A stretch of 64,000 nt of DNA, taken from positions 2,605-66,604 of the forward strand of contig JBKPSD010000080.1 of assembly GCA_046734935.1 (NCBI GenBank), in the 5' to 3' direction. The position numbers were made by a program, and so were the translations under genes. The notes under the pieces are model-generated. The model had not been told where the DNA came from and did not search any database. It worked only from the letters and a program-made list of their open reading frames with translations. Origin of the DNA: Nitrospirota bacterium. Its GTDB lineage: Bacteria; Nitrospirota; Nitrospiria; Nitrospirales; Nitrospiraceae. This document shows, piece after piece, positions 38,521-48,172 of this stretch (position 1 is the stretch's first letter; each line of letters starts with the position of its first letter).

Positions 38521-40011
38521 TCACGGCACATAGTTCGTTGCCCCGGCTCGGGTCAGCACGTTCTTCATGATCTGCGCGACCGCGGGCTTGCTGCGCAAGT
38601 GTTGGTTGAAGTAAATGGTGCCGGCGGCGAACACGACAGCGGGGGTGCGTTCGTAAACCGTGGCTTCGTGCCGGCTGCCGGGGATGACATTGTTCGGGAC
38701 GACAGATGACGCCACCACGGTCGTTCCCGCGGGCGTTGCACCGTTGTTCACGAGACCGTCCCATTCGTAAAAGATGATGCCCGGAATCGTACTTCCATTC
38801 GCCAAGCCGGTGCCGGAATAGATCCAATGGTTTGCATTGGTGACCACCCAGTCGGCGGGCCCGACATTCGCATTATCACTTCCATCGGACATCACCCCAA
38901 TCAGGCCGTTTTCCGGGCGATTGACAATCGGATCGCGGAAGTGGGTCGTCGTCGTCGGACCCTGTACGGGATCTTGGGCCGCCAACTCCTTGTAGCCGAC
39001 GATAGTGCGTTCGTTGTCTTCATAGCGGATCTGCCAGGCGTAGGTATTGCCGGTCAGAAAGGCCAGGCTGGTTCCGCCTCCCAATACAGCCTGGAGACGA
39101 TCCATGGCGGCCATCGTCGCGTACTCATCGTGAGCCATCGTGACGTAAATCCGATGGCTGCCCAACCGATTCACGGCTCCGCCCACGTCTGAGCTCGTGA
39201 AATACTCCACGTCGTAGCCCATATCCTCGAGCCATCTCACGCCTTCGTGCTCTTCGAAAAGAAATTTTCCGGAGCCGAAACCGATGGTGATCGGCCGGTC
39301 GAGGGACACTTTGCGAGCATGTCCCCCCGACATGCCGTGGGACGACATGTACAAGCTTTCGCCCCCAAAATCGTTGTACGCATGCCACGTGGCAGTGGGC
39401 AGATGTAGCGCCACTTCGGCGTTGCGCGTATCATCGCGAAGAATGAAGATCGCATAAGTCTGTTTGCCGTCCGTCTTCGTCATCAAGACCAGGTAAACCC
39501 CCGTCAGCCACGGGTTGCCGTCGGCAGTTCTCGTAGAAAACGAAAACGTGGCCGGCCACCCGGCCCGCACAAGACCGGTCGTTGGGTCGAACGAAGGACT
39601 GGCTTGCGTCGGCGCAAACACCGGTCCGCCTTGCGCATACAGACGGCCGCCACTGCCTCCATAGCCGCCCATGCGGAATACTCGCCAGCTGAATTGCCCT
39701 GCCGGATTGGCAGACACCGAGATGCTCACATCCGAACCAGCCGGATAACTCTCCTGATTGCTGTAAGCCGCAAGCTCGCCGCCGGTCGACGGGTTGCCGA
39801 TTTGCCAGGCGCCCGATCCTGGAAGGGTGTTCTCACGTGCGATGGCTTTGACATCCCCGGTGACGCCTGTAGGCGGTGGGCTCGGGCTGTCGCTGCCACT
39901 GTCGCCGCCTCCGCCGCATTGAAGCTGGGTGACGAGACCGACCGCAGCGAGCAGGGAAAGGGCGAGACGTGTTCCCATGAATGAATGGATGGCCTTGAAG
40001 GAAATGTGCAT
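38521..40011 (-). CDS. N,N-dimethylformamidase beta-subunit-like exported protein
   Basis: Signal with Cys-Gly linker; IARENTLPG, VFRMGGYGG, WLTGVY, TWHAYNDFGGESLY, VSLDRP, HDEY, WQIRYE, VFAAGT. Start may be 39978. Confidence 0.75.
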   Translation of the reverse strand: MHISFKAIHSFMGTRLALSLLAAVGLVTQLQCGGGGDSGSDSPSPPPTGVTGDVKAIARENTLPGSGAWQIGNPSTGGELAAYSNQESYPAGSDVSISVSANPAGQFSWRVFRMGGYGGSGGRLYAQGGPVFAPTQASPSFDPTTGLVRAGWPATFSFSTRTADGNPWLTGVYLVLMTKTDGKQTYAIFILRDDTRNAEVALHLPTATWHAYNDFGGESLYMSSHGMSGGHARKVSLDRPITIGFGSGKFLFEEHEGVRWLEDMGYDVEYFTSSDVGGAVNRLGSHRIYVTMAHDEYATMAAMDRLQAVLGGGTSLAFLTGNTYAWQIRYEDNERTIVGYKELAAQDPVQGPTTTTHFRDPIVNRPENGLIGVMSDGSDNANVGPADWVVTNANHWIYSGTGLANGSTIPGIIFYEWDGLVNNGATPAGTTVVASSVVPNNVIPGSRHEATVYERTPAVVFAAGTIYFNQHLRSKPAVAQIMKNVLTRAGATNYVP

Positions 40012-40104
40012 GACGAAGCATCCCTTTATATAAATAGAAGAGGCATTGCGACTCGGCTTAGAAAACCGACCACATAACACCGTGCCAGGCGACACAGGGG
40101 CGCG

Positions 40105-40120
40105 AGCAAGAACCGCACCA
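40105..40120 (-). promoter_or_regulatory. sigma54 -24/-12 promoter
   Basis: TGGTGCGGTTCTTGCT (GG-N10-GC). Confidence 0.65.
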
Positions 40121-40185
40121 ATGCGTCATCCATTCCGAAGCCGTGTCTAGTCGACGGGTTGCCCTAGTGCGAACCCTGAGTTTTG

Positions 40186-40229
40186 GGACAAGGTGTCCTA
40201 AGGTCGAAAATTTCGGGACAAATTGCTCA
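40186..40229. promoter_or_regulatory. Paired GGACA-N3-TGTCC upstream site
   Basis: GGACAAGGTGTCC, 16-nt spacer, GGGACAA; same architecture at 43699. Confidence 0.6.
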
Positions 40230-40502
40230 CGGGGGGCATTTTATCGCTGGAGCCTTGTGTTTTCTGATCGGTCGGAAGATGTCTCGATGAGGAGGTATTC
40301 ATGGTATTGAATGTCGCCGATCCATCTGTCAATGCGCATGTCCTCTTATGGAGCATGCTGTTCATGATGATCGGGACGGCGTTGAAAAGCCGGTAGCGCC
40401 GCTTCTGATGACGGTGCTCGACAAGGCCATACACCGGATGACGCGAGGGTTCACGGTCTGGAGATTTCGCCCGTGAACAAACAGGGGTGAGGTGGATGCC
40501 CC

Positions 40503-41876
40503 CTATCTGAGCTCCACCACGAACGTATCGATTCGAGTCGACAGACCAAAATCCCCGCCCGAACTGCCGAGTGTGCCGTCCCAGTAGCTCGAGAACAGGG
40601 CCCACCGCCCGTCATTCGAAATCTGGGCAAACGACTGGCCGTAGAAGCTGCCGCCTCCATTATGGTTATGGGCAAACCTCCAGACCGTGTTTGAGCCGTC
40701 CGTCGCAGCGAGAATGATTTCACCGATCCACGGTGAAGCTGTTGCGGGACGCCCCTCATAGTAGCGCGAAAACAATATCGGGGCGTTCGGGTTTGTGGTG
40801 GCATTGAACCACGAACTGTGTTCGGCGTCAGACCATCCGCTCGTTGCGTAGGGCTGCATGATAAACGTGTATTGCGCCGCATTCATAAGAGCGTCGGGGT
40901 TCCGTACGAGGGCGCCTCGAGAATCCTTCCCATTTTTAGAACCCGCACCGTTGACCCACTTGCCGTTACCGATTGAGAAGTGTCCGCTATAGTATGCGTC
41001 TCCGCTCGTTACTAATGACCAGGTATTGGTATCGAGGTTTAGCGTCGACATCCCGTTGTGGTTCCAGCTGGCTTGATGAAAGCCAATGCCCAGCCAGCTG
41101 CCGCCCGCGCTGCCGAAGATAGTGTGAATGCCGATCGTCTGACCCGCTGCGGACGTCGGCCAGTTGGGATCGTGTTGTGCGACGCCATTGATCGTTTTGT
41201 TTACGATATCGATATATTTCGTTTCCGACGTCGAAGGATTCACGCAGAGCAGCTTGGTATACGTATCCTGACTGCCCGCTCCAGCCGCAGAACAGATCCA
41301 CTTATCGTCTCCCACAACTGCAATGTGATACCTCACCGGATCGCCGTTGGGCGTACTTCCAAGATTGGTCGTCTCCTGCGTCCGGATGTCGTAACGGCTC
41401 AACTGCGAACCGTTGAGAAAATAAATCGCATTGCTGTCGACTGCAGACCACTCCCAGAGGTTATTCAACTTGAGCGGATGAAGACCGCCGGCCTGGAAAT
41501 TGACCGGATCGAAGTCCGACCAATATGAGGATCCGTTCTTGTCCATCAGCTTGAAGGCCGTTGAGTTGGCATTCCAGGTTCGAAAAGCACCTGCATCCTC
41601 CGGAATGAAGGAACTGCCGCCGGCAGTATGGCTGTCTGTGACACGAAGAATGCGCGAGCCGAACGTCGGATCCGCGATAATGGAGTTTGCCGGACCCAAC
41701 GCAGGGGGAGGACTGGGAATCGGCAGGGGATCAATCCCGGTGTATGCGGCATAATTGGCGGGAGCTACCTGAGCGGTGCCTGAACCCGGTCCATCGCTTT
41801 CCCCCGAAGAGCACGAGGTCAGGACAGTCATGACAGTCAGTGCGCAGCACACGGACAGGGCTCCGCGAAGAGGCAT
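40503..41876 (-). CDS. Lipoprotein, putative beta-propeller (paralog of 34277-35659)
   Basis: Lipobox VLTSC, DPTFGSRILRVTD, WNANST, C-terminal AQISNDGRWALFSSYW...DTFVVEL. Confidence 0.7.
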   Translation of the reverse strand: MPLRGALSVCCALTVMTVLTSCSSGESDGPGSGTAQVAPANYAAYTGIDPLPIPSPPPALGPANSIIADPTFGSRILRVTDSHTAGGSSFIPEDAGAFRTWNANSTAFKLMDKNGSSYWSDFDPVNFQAGGLHPLKLNNLWEWSAVDSNAIYFLNGSQLSRYDIRTQETTNLGSTPNGDPVRYHIAVVGDDKWICSAAGAGSQDTYTKLLCVNPSTSETKYIDIVNKTINGVAQHDPNWPTSAAGQTIGIHTIFGSAGGSWLGIGFHQASWNHNGMSTLNLDTNTWSLVTSGDAYYSGHFSIGNGKWVNGAGSKNGKDSRGALVRNPDALMNAAQYTFIMQPYATSGWSDAEHSSWFNATTNPNAPILFSRYYEGRPATASPWIGEIILAATDGSNTVWRFAHNHNGGGSFYGQSFAQISNDGRWALFSSYWDGTLGSSGGDFGLSTRIDTFVVELR

Positions 41877-42124
41877 CGAATCCACCCTTGTGTGAGGCAG
41901 TGAAGACAACAGGAGAGTCACGCGGCCCTTTGAGAGGGAACGATAACCCCGTCCGACGAACGAATTAAGAACAACTCCCAGGCGGCGGATAAAGAATTTG
42001 TAAAGATTGAGTCGGTGAAACGTAAGAACAAAGCGCTTGAAATGTGAATGAATCAATGTGTCCTCGATCTTAGGAAATGTGTTGTTAAAGCGGCTGCAGG
42101 CCGACAAAATTTTTGCTGGGGATC

Positions 42125-42140
42125 AGCAAGCTCTATGCCC
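42125..42140 (-). promoter_or_regulatory. sigma54 -24/-12 promoter
   Basis: GGGCATAGAGCTTGCT. Confidence 0.55.
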
Positions 42141-42245
42141 TTTGCCGCTACTGCGAAATTCGTAGGTTTTTCAGGGAGTGCAACCACAGAGAGTGTGTAA
42201 ATGCGGAGGGCTGTTCCTACAGAGGGCCTAAGAGTTTTGCCCTAC

Positions 42246-42284
42246 CGTAAATATTCCGTAAACGAAGCGTAAAGATTTTGTAAG
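42246..42284. promoter_or_regulatory. Four 11-bp-phased YGTAAR direct repeats
   Basis: CGTAAA 42246, 42257, 42268; TGTAAG 42279. A second phased set lies at 41988/41999/42021. Confidence 0.65.
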
Positions 42285-42614
42285 AGATGAATCGCAGCTC
42301 TGACGAGGGAAATCGATGGCCGAGGACAGATGTTTGCGAAAGGGATCGTGCCGGCGCAGGAAAAGAGAACGAGACGGATCACGCATTCGCGCCATCCGCC
42401 AAAGCCCGAACGCCGCCTATGAAGAGCGCTGGGGGACTTGAGACTGCTGAGGAGGGAAGGAAGTAAGCAGGGTCCGCGAGCTTAGGTCATGTGGTAGCCG
42501 GCCTCAACGAGGAGGCAGTCCGCGGCGCAGTTCGTTTTGAGCGGGCAAACCCGACTGTTCGTGAAATGAGCGAGAGCGATCAGGTTCCTGCAAGTCCGGA
42601 GGGCGCTCCTGATA

Positions 42615-43550
42615 CTAGGCGGATTCATATTCGCCCATCAAAATGATACATCGTATGGCCAGTTGCTCGAGGTCGATGTGGCGAAAGCGCTCGTCGAGGC
42701 TGAAGCCGTTTTGCAGGGCCTTGAGCGAGCGTTCATCGAGGGCCTCCCGACGCCCGACGATGCGGACGCCGGCGCGCGTGAACAACTCCACATACTCGTA
42801 GGCACGAAGCCGGTTGTGAAACATGAATCGGTTGGCGGCCAGGCTGGCCCATCCGCGGTCGCTGAATTGCAGGAAGTTGACGGCCGTAATCGAGCCGTCG
42901 TCGTGCGAAAAGTGATCGGAAGGATCGATGATATGCAAAAGGAGCCCGCCGGGCGCGAGCACGCGCCGGGCCTCCTTGAGAATGGATGCCAAGGCATCCG
43001 GAGGAATATGCTCGAGGACTGTGAACGAGACGTGAAGGTCGATGCTTCGACTGGGAATGGCGAGATGCGACGCATCGGCGGGTGCAACATACTGAATGTC
43101 TGCCAGCCGCATGAGGTCCGCGAGCCGTCCGTCGAACTGCCTCAATCGAGCAAGGCGTTGTCTGAAAAGCGGACGCTCGGCAAGACCGCCGAAGATTTCC
43201 GCGATGCTCTCCGGACGGCAAAGAAAGGCTACCGACTCGCGCGTCAATTCTTCAATGAGGTACGGGTTGAGATCGACCGTCAAGACGCGCGCGGCGCCGC
43301 ACAGCCAGAGCGCCAACGGGATATCGATGGTTCGGCCGGTGCCGACTTCGAGAACGCTCCGTCCCTCGATCGGATGTCCCAATTCCTCCGCCCAGCCCAC
43401 CATCTTGGCCGCGGCGCGCAGCCGTTCCGAGGGGTCATACTTGCCCGGCCGCAGGCTTCCAACGCTCCGCTGCATGCGGTAGTAGAGGGCGTTCGACATG
43501 GGCAGCGCCGCGGTCAGTTTCACTAGCCAGGCTTTCCATCGCCAGTTCAT
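42615..43550 (-). CDS. Class I SAM-dependent methyltransferase
   Basis: VLEVGTG, SIDLHVSFTVLEHIP, RVLAPGG, IDPSDHFSH, NRLR. Confidence 0.88.
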   Translation of the reverse strand: MNWRWKAWLVKLTAALPMSNALYYRMQRSVGSLRPGKYDPSERLRAAAKMVGWAEELGHPIEGRSVLEVGTGRTIDIPLALWLCGAARVLTVDLNPYLIEELTRESVAFLCRPESIAEIFGGLAERPLFRQRLARLRQFDGRLADLMRLADIQYVAPADASHLAIPSRSIDLHVSFTVLEHIPPDALASILKEARRVLAPGGLLLHIIDPSDHFSHDDGSITAVNFLQFSDRGWASLAANRFMFHNRLRAYEYVELFTRAGVRIVGRREALDERSLKALQNGFSLDERFRHIDLEQLAIRCIILMGEYESA

Positions 43551-43620
43551 ACCACTTCTCCTCTTCGAGTATCATCCGACGCCGGTGGACGGTGACACAC
43601 TTTGTGTGTTGCCGTCTCTC

Positions 43621-43636
43621 AGCAAGAACTGCACCG
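43621..43636 (-). promoter_or_regulatory. sigma54 -24/-12 promoter
   Basis: CGGTGCAGTTCTTGCT; 14 of 16 positions identical to the site at 40105-40120. Confidence 0.6.
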
Positions 43637-43698
43637 GTTATTGTCCAAAAGTTTCAACGGTTTCTTAGGATGCGACAGTTCAGTCGGCTCGATGGAAA

Positions 43699-43741
43699 GG
43701 ACAAGCTGTCCGAACGGCAAAAACATCGGGACAAGATGTCA
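43699..43741. promoter_or_regulatory. Paired GGACA-N3-TGTC upstream site
   Basis: GGACAAGCTGTCC, 16-nt spacer, GGGACAAGATGTCA. Confidence 0.6.
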
Positions 43742-46700
43742 GCGGCTTGGCGCGGGCTGATTCGAAACCGATTCTTGTTGGCGAATGCCCAGCCGTTGAC
43801 GCGGCGCAGGGTTCGTTTCGGCCGCGGGCTGTCCCGCTCCGGCGAAGACGCCGTAGAGGGTAGGAAGCACGATCAGCGTCAGCAGCGTGGAACTGACGAG
43901 TCCGCCGATGACGACGACGGCCAACGGACGTTGTACTTCCGATCCGATGCCGTGAGAAAGCGCCAGCGGAATCAGCCCCAGCATGGCGACCAATGCCGTC
44001 ATCAACACCGGCCGCAAGCGAAGCAGGCAGCCGCTGATGATCGCCTCTTGATCCGGTGTGCCCTCACTCCGGAGTTGATTGATGTAGGACACTAGGACGA
44101 TGCCGTTGAGCACGGCCACCCCGAATAGGTTGATGAATCCTACCGAGGCCGGCACGCTGAGGTATTCGCCCGTGATCCATAACGATACGATCCCGCCGAT
44201 GAGGGCGAACGGGAGATTCAGAATGATCAGCGCGGCAAGCCGGACGGAATTGAACGAGGCGAAGAGCAGGAGAAAGATCAGTGCGATGGTGATGGGCACG
44301 ATGATCTTCAGGCGCGCCATGGCGCGCTGCATGTTTTCGAACGATCCGCCCCAGATGAGCTGGTAGCCCGTCGGCAGCTGAACGTTCTGGGCGATCTTCG
44401 TCTGCGCCTCCATGACGATGCTCTCGATGTCGCGACCCAAGGTGTTGAAGCCGACGTAAATCCTGCGCTGCAGGCCTTCCCGGCTGATCAACGCCGGTCC
44501 TTCACGGAGTTCGATTTTGGCCAGCTCGCCGAGCGGGACCAAAGCCCCGTTGGCCGTCATCAATAGAATATTGCTGATTGTTTCGACGCTGTCGCGGTAT
44601 TTCTTCGGGTAGCGGAGAATCAGATCAAAGCGTTTCTGTCCTTCGTAAACGCGGGTGGCCGCCTCGACGCCGATGGCGGTGGAAATGATTTCACGGATGT
44701 GCGCTACGTTGATGCCGTAGCGGGCGATCTTGCCGCGGTCGATGTCGATGGTGAGATAGGCCTGTCCGAATAATTGCTCGACCCGGACGTCCTTCACGCC
44801 GGCGATGCCGGTCATGATCGTCTGCACCTGTTCTGCGGACTTCCGCAATTGATCGAGGTCCTCCCCGATGATCTTGACCGTCGCTTCCGAGCGCACCCCG
44901 GACAGCAATTCATCCACCCGCTGCTGGATCGGCTGACTGAGGAGAAAATTCGCGCCGGGGACGCGCTCGATCCGACGCCGGATGGCATCGTCTAGTTCAG
45001 GCTTGGTCTTGGCGGTCTTCCATTCCTCCATTGGCTTGAGGGATACGACCGGGTCGCTTGCATTGGGCTCCTGGGGATCGTTGCCAAGCTCGGAGCGCCC
45101 GATTTTGGAGACCACCATGCGGACCTCAGGGAATTCCATCACCGCCCGCTGCATCTCCAGCTCGATTTCGATGGATTTTTCCAGCGAAATGCTGGGAAGC
45201 CTGATCGTTTGAGGGGTGATCGCAGCCTCGTTCAATATGGGAATGAATTCACCGCCGAGGAAAGGAAAGAGCGCCAAGCTGGCGCCCAACATGGCCACGG
45301 CCGCGATCAGCACCGTCCGCCTGTGGCTCAGGGCCCAGGCCAGCGACGGCGCGTACCACCGTTTCGCCCGGCGCAGCAGCCATGTGTCTTCTTCCGTCGC
45401 TTTGGTCAATGCAATCGAGCACAGCGCGGGCGACAGGGTGAGCGACAGTAACAGGGATACGAGCAGCGCAATCATGATCGTGTAGGCAAGCGGCTTGAAC
45501 ATTTTCCCTTCCATCCCTTCCAAAGACAGGATGGGCAGGAACACGAGAATGATGATGAGAATGCCGAAGAGCACCGGTTGGGCCACTTCTTTCGCCGCCT
45601 TGAGCACGATGGCGCGGCGGCTCGCGGCGGTACCCGGCGAATGCTCGCTGAGGTGACGGTAGACGTTTTCGACGACGACGACGGAGCCGTCCACCATCAT
45701 GCCGATCGCAATCACGAGGCCGCCCAGGGACATCAGATTCGCCGTCAATCCCACCCGATCCATGACGATGAAGGTCGCGAGCGGGGCGACCACGAGCGTC
45801 GCGGTCACGATCAGCGCGCTTCGTACGTTGCCGAGAAACAAAAACAGTACGACAATGACGAGGACGATGCCTTCCAGGAGTGCCTTGTAGACCGTATGAA
45901 GGGCCGCCACGATTAGCTCGAGGCGGTCGTAGAAGGGCATGATGCGGAGACCGCCGGGAAGGAGTTTCTGTTCATGAATGTCCTCGATCTTGTCTTTGAC
46001 CGCTTGCACGACCTTCCGGGCATTGCCTCCGCGAAGCATGAGCACGATACCGGCCACCACTTCGCGCTGTCCGTTGAGGACCGCCGCGCCGTGGCGCACC
46101 GCATGGCCGATCTGCACCTCGGCCACGTCCCGCACGTAAATCGGCGTGCCCCGCGTTTCTTTGACGACGATATTCTCGATGTCGTGCAGGGTTTTGATCA
46201 GGCCGAGCCCTCGGACAATATATTTTTCCGCCCCTTTTTCGAGGATGTTGCCGCCGGCGTTGGCGTTGTTGTTCGCCACCGCGGCGAACACGTCGTGAAG
46301 CGCCAGGTCGTATTTGCGCAGCAACCCCGGATCGACCATGACCTGGTACTGCTTCACGAAGCCGCCGATTGAATTGACGTCGACGACATCGGTTAATCCC
46401 TTGAGCGCCGGGCGAATCACCCAATCTTCGAGTGTCCGCCGGTCCATCAATTCCGTTTCCGTGAGGCGATAGTCCGGATCGTTATCGCGCGGACCCTCCA
46501 GAAAGAACTGGAAGACCTCGCCCAGGCCTGGGGAGTTGGGGACCAGTTCCGAGCGCGCGCCGGGCGGCAGGCTGTTCTGCACTTCCAGGACGCGTTCGAG
46601 GACGACCTGGCGGGCCAGGTAGATGTCCACATCGTCGCGAAAGACGACGGTGATCATGGATAGGCCGACCTTTGACAACGATCGGATATCGGTAAGCCCT

Positions 46701-46927
46701 GGCGCGCCGGTCAGTTGAAGTTCGAGGGGAAAGGTCACGAACCGCTCGATTTCCGCCGGAGAGAGTCCTTGAGCTTCCGTCACGACCTGAACGAGCACGG
46801 TCGTCACGTCGGGAAAGGCATCGATGGCAATGGTGCGGAAGGAATAAATGCCCGCGACCGCGATGACACAGGCCAGGGCAATCACCAGCACGCGCTGTCT
46901 CAGCGCCAATTCAAGAAAAGAGGACAT
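43739..46927 (-). CDS. czcA: CzcA/CusA-family heavy-metal efflux RND permease
   Basis: IDAFPDVT, GLGEVFQF, ANLMSLGG, GMMVDGSVVVVEN, GVAVLNG, RLRPVLMTA, GSEVQRPLA. Confidence 0.92.
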   Translation of the reverse strand: MSSFLELALRQRVLVIALACVIAVAGIYSFRTIAIDAFPDVTTVLVQVVTEAQGLSPAEIERFVTFPLELQLTGAPGLTDIRSLSKVGLSMITVVFRDDVDIYLARQVVLERVLEVQNSLPPGARSELVPNSPGLGEVFQFFLEGPRDNDPDYRLTETELMDRRTLEDWVIRPALKGLTDVVDVNSIGGFVKQYQVMVDPGLLRKYDLALHDVFAAVANNNANAGGNILEKGAEKYIVRGLGLIKTLHDIENIVVKETRGTPIYVRDVAEVQIGHAVRHGAAVLNGQREVVAGIVLMLRGGNARKVVQAVKDKIEDIHEQKLLPGGLRIMPFYDRLELIVAALHTVYKALLEGIVLVIVVLFLFLGNVRSALIVTATLVVAPLATFIVMDRVGLTANLMSLGGLVIAIGMMVDGSVVVVENVYRHLSEHSPGTAASRRAIVLKAAKEVAQPVLFGILIIILVFLPILSLEGMEGKMFKPLAYTIMIALLVSLLLSLTLSPALCSIALTKATEEDTWLLRRAKRWYAPSLAWALSHRRTVLIAAVAMLGASLALFPFLGGEFIPILNEAAITPQTIRLPSISLEKSIEIELEMQRAVMEFPEVRMVVSKIGRSELGNDPQEPNASDPVVSLKPMEEWKTAKTKPELDDAIRRRIERVPGANFLLSQPIQQRVDELLSGVRSEATVKIIGEDLDQLRKSAEQVQTIMTGIAGVKDVRVEQLFGQAYLTIDIDRGKIARYGINVAHIREIISTAIGVEAATRVYEGQKRFDLILRYPKKYRDSVETISNILLMTANGALVPLGELAKIELREGPALISREGLQRRIYVGFNTLGRDIESIVMEAQTKIAQNVQLPTGYQLIWGGSFENMQRAMARLKIIVPITIALIFLLLFASFNSVRLAALIILNLPFALIGGIVSLWITGEYLSVPASVGFINLFGVAVLNGIVLVSYINQLRSEGTPDQEAIISGCLLRLRPVLMTALVAMLGLIPLALSHGIGSEVQRPLAVVVIGGLVSSTLLTLIVLPTLYGVFAGAGQPAAETNPAPRQRLGIRQQESVSNQPAPSR

Positions 46928-46932
46928 GCGCG

Positions 46933-48120
46933 CTAGATCTGATCGGAGAGCAGTTCGGATTTGAGCACGTAGGCGCCCTTGACCACTACCGGTTCTCCCT
47001 CTTGAAGCCCGTCGATGATTTTCACGACGTCACCATTGCCCTCGCCCAACGTCACATCCCGGGCTTCGAAGGTATGGGAATCCCGCTGGATGAACACGAA
47101 CCGGCGGTCGCGCTCACGTTGCACCGCGCTTTCCGGCACCGTCAGGACGCCGTGCTCCGGCAGCGAATGGACCCGGATCGTCGCGTACATCTCCGGCTTG
47201 AGTTTCCTGTGAGGGTTCGGGAGTTCCAAACGCAGGTTCATGGTGCGCGTCGCCACGTCCAAGACATCGCCCACGTAGGTGATCTTTCCGTAGAACACCT
47301 CGCCGGGATAGGCCGTCAACAGGACTTCCACGAGTTGTTCGACCCCCGATTTGTCGGTGGCCGCCTCCGTCCGGATGAAGGTGATGTCCTTTTCCGGAAT
47401 GTTGGCCAGTACCCAGACTTCCGAAAGGTCGGCGACGGTAAAGAGCTTTTCCGTCACCTCGACGACCTCGCCCTTCGTCAGGTTTCGCGCGATGACCCGA
47501 CCGTTGAACGGCGCGGTAATGGGGACGTAGGACAAGATTTTCTGTTCGTGGTGCAGCTTGTTGATCTGCTCTTCGCTCATGCCCAACAGGCGCAACCGGT
47601 CTTCCCCTTCGCGCTTCTCCGCCCGGAGGCTCAACATTTCGCCTTGCCGCCGCTGGGCTTCTGCGAGTCCGATGACCTTTTCACGGAGCAGCATGGTCGC
47701 ACGCTCGTACGCCTTCTCCGCGACGTAGAGCTTCGCGACGGCCTTGAGATACGCCGACTGCGCCATGCCGAGATCGCTGCTGTACAGAATGGCCAGCAAA
47801 TCGCCCCCTTTGACCTGTTGGCCGAGATCCGCGTACACGTCGACGACACGCCCTCTGACGAGCGCGGTGATGTCGGCGGTCGCATGGTGATCGGGCACGA
47901 CGGTGGCCGGAAAATCGCGATGCAATTGGAATTCGCCGCGCACCGCCGGCTGCACCACGATCGAGCCGCTGCGCATTTCTTCGGCAGTCAGCGTCACGAT
48001 TCCGGTCTCGTGAGGTTTCGGGGCGGGCTTCTGCGCGGCCGATTCCTGTGCACTGTCGCACCCCGCCGTCATGAGGAGGCACGCGAACACGATAGGACAA
48101 AGAGAGAGACGGCGCCTCAT
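46933..48120 (-). CDS. czcB: RND periplasmic adaptor (CzcB-like), lipoprotein
   Basis: Lipobox TAGC, ITAPFNGRV, VADLSEVWV, LKPEMYA, VPESAV, GLQEGEPVV. Confidence 0.88.
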   Translation of the reverse strand: MRRRLSLCPIVFACLLMTAGCDSAQESAAQKPAPKPHETGIVTLTAEEMRSGSIVVQPAVRGEFQLHRDFPATVVPDHHATADITALVRGRVVDVYADLGQQVKGGDLLAILYSSDLGMAQSAYLKAVAKLYVAEKAYERATMLLREKVIGLAEAQRRQGEMLSLRAEKREGEDRLRLLGMSEEQINKLHHEQKILSYVPITAPFNGRVIARNLTKGEVVEVTEKLFTVADLSEVWVLANIPEKDITFIRTEAATDKSGVEQLVEVLLTAYPGEVFYGKITYVGDVLDVATRTMNLRLELPNPHRKLKPEMYATIRVHSLPEHGVLTVPESAVQRERDRRFVFIQRDSHTFEARDVTLGEGNGDVVKIIDGLQEGEPVVVKGAYVLKSELLSDQI

Positions 48121-48172
48121 AGGGATCCTTCCATTGCGATCATACATCTGCGCACTCATGCGGGTCCAATGG

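Noticed and set aside
41877-42107. 77-codon N-terminal extension of the lipoprotein in the ORF track
   Set aside because: The lipoprotein signal and RBS fit a start at 41876, and the extension overlaps regulatory repeats.
42541-42600. GGGCAAACCC...GAAA resembling the start of a c-di-GMP-I riboswitch
   Set aside because: Lacks the GGGACGCAAAGC second half and is not upstream of a + strand gene.
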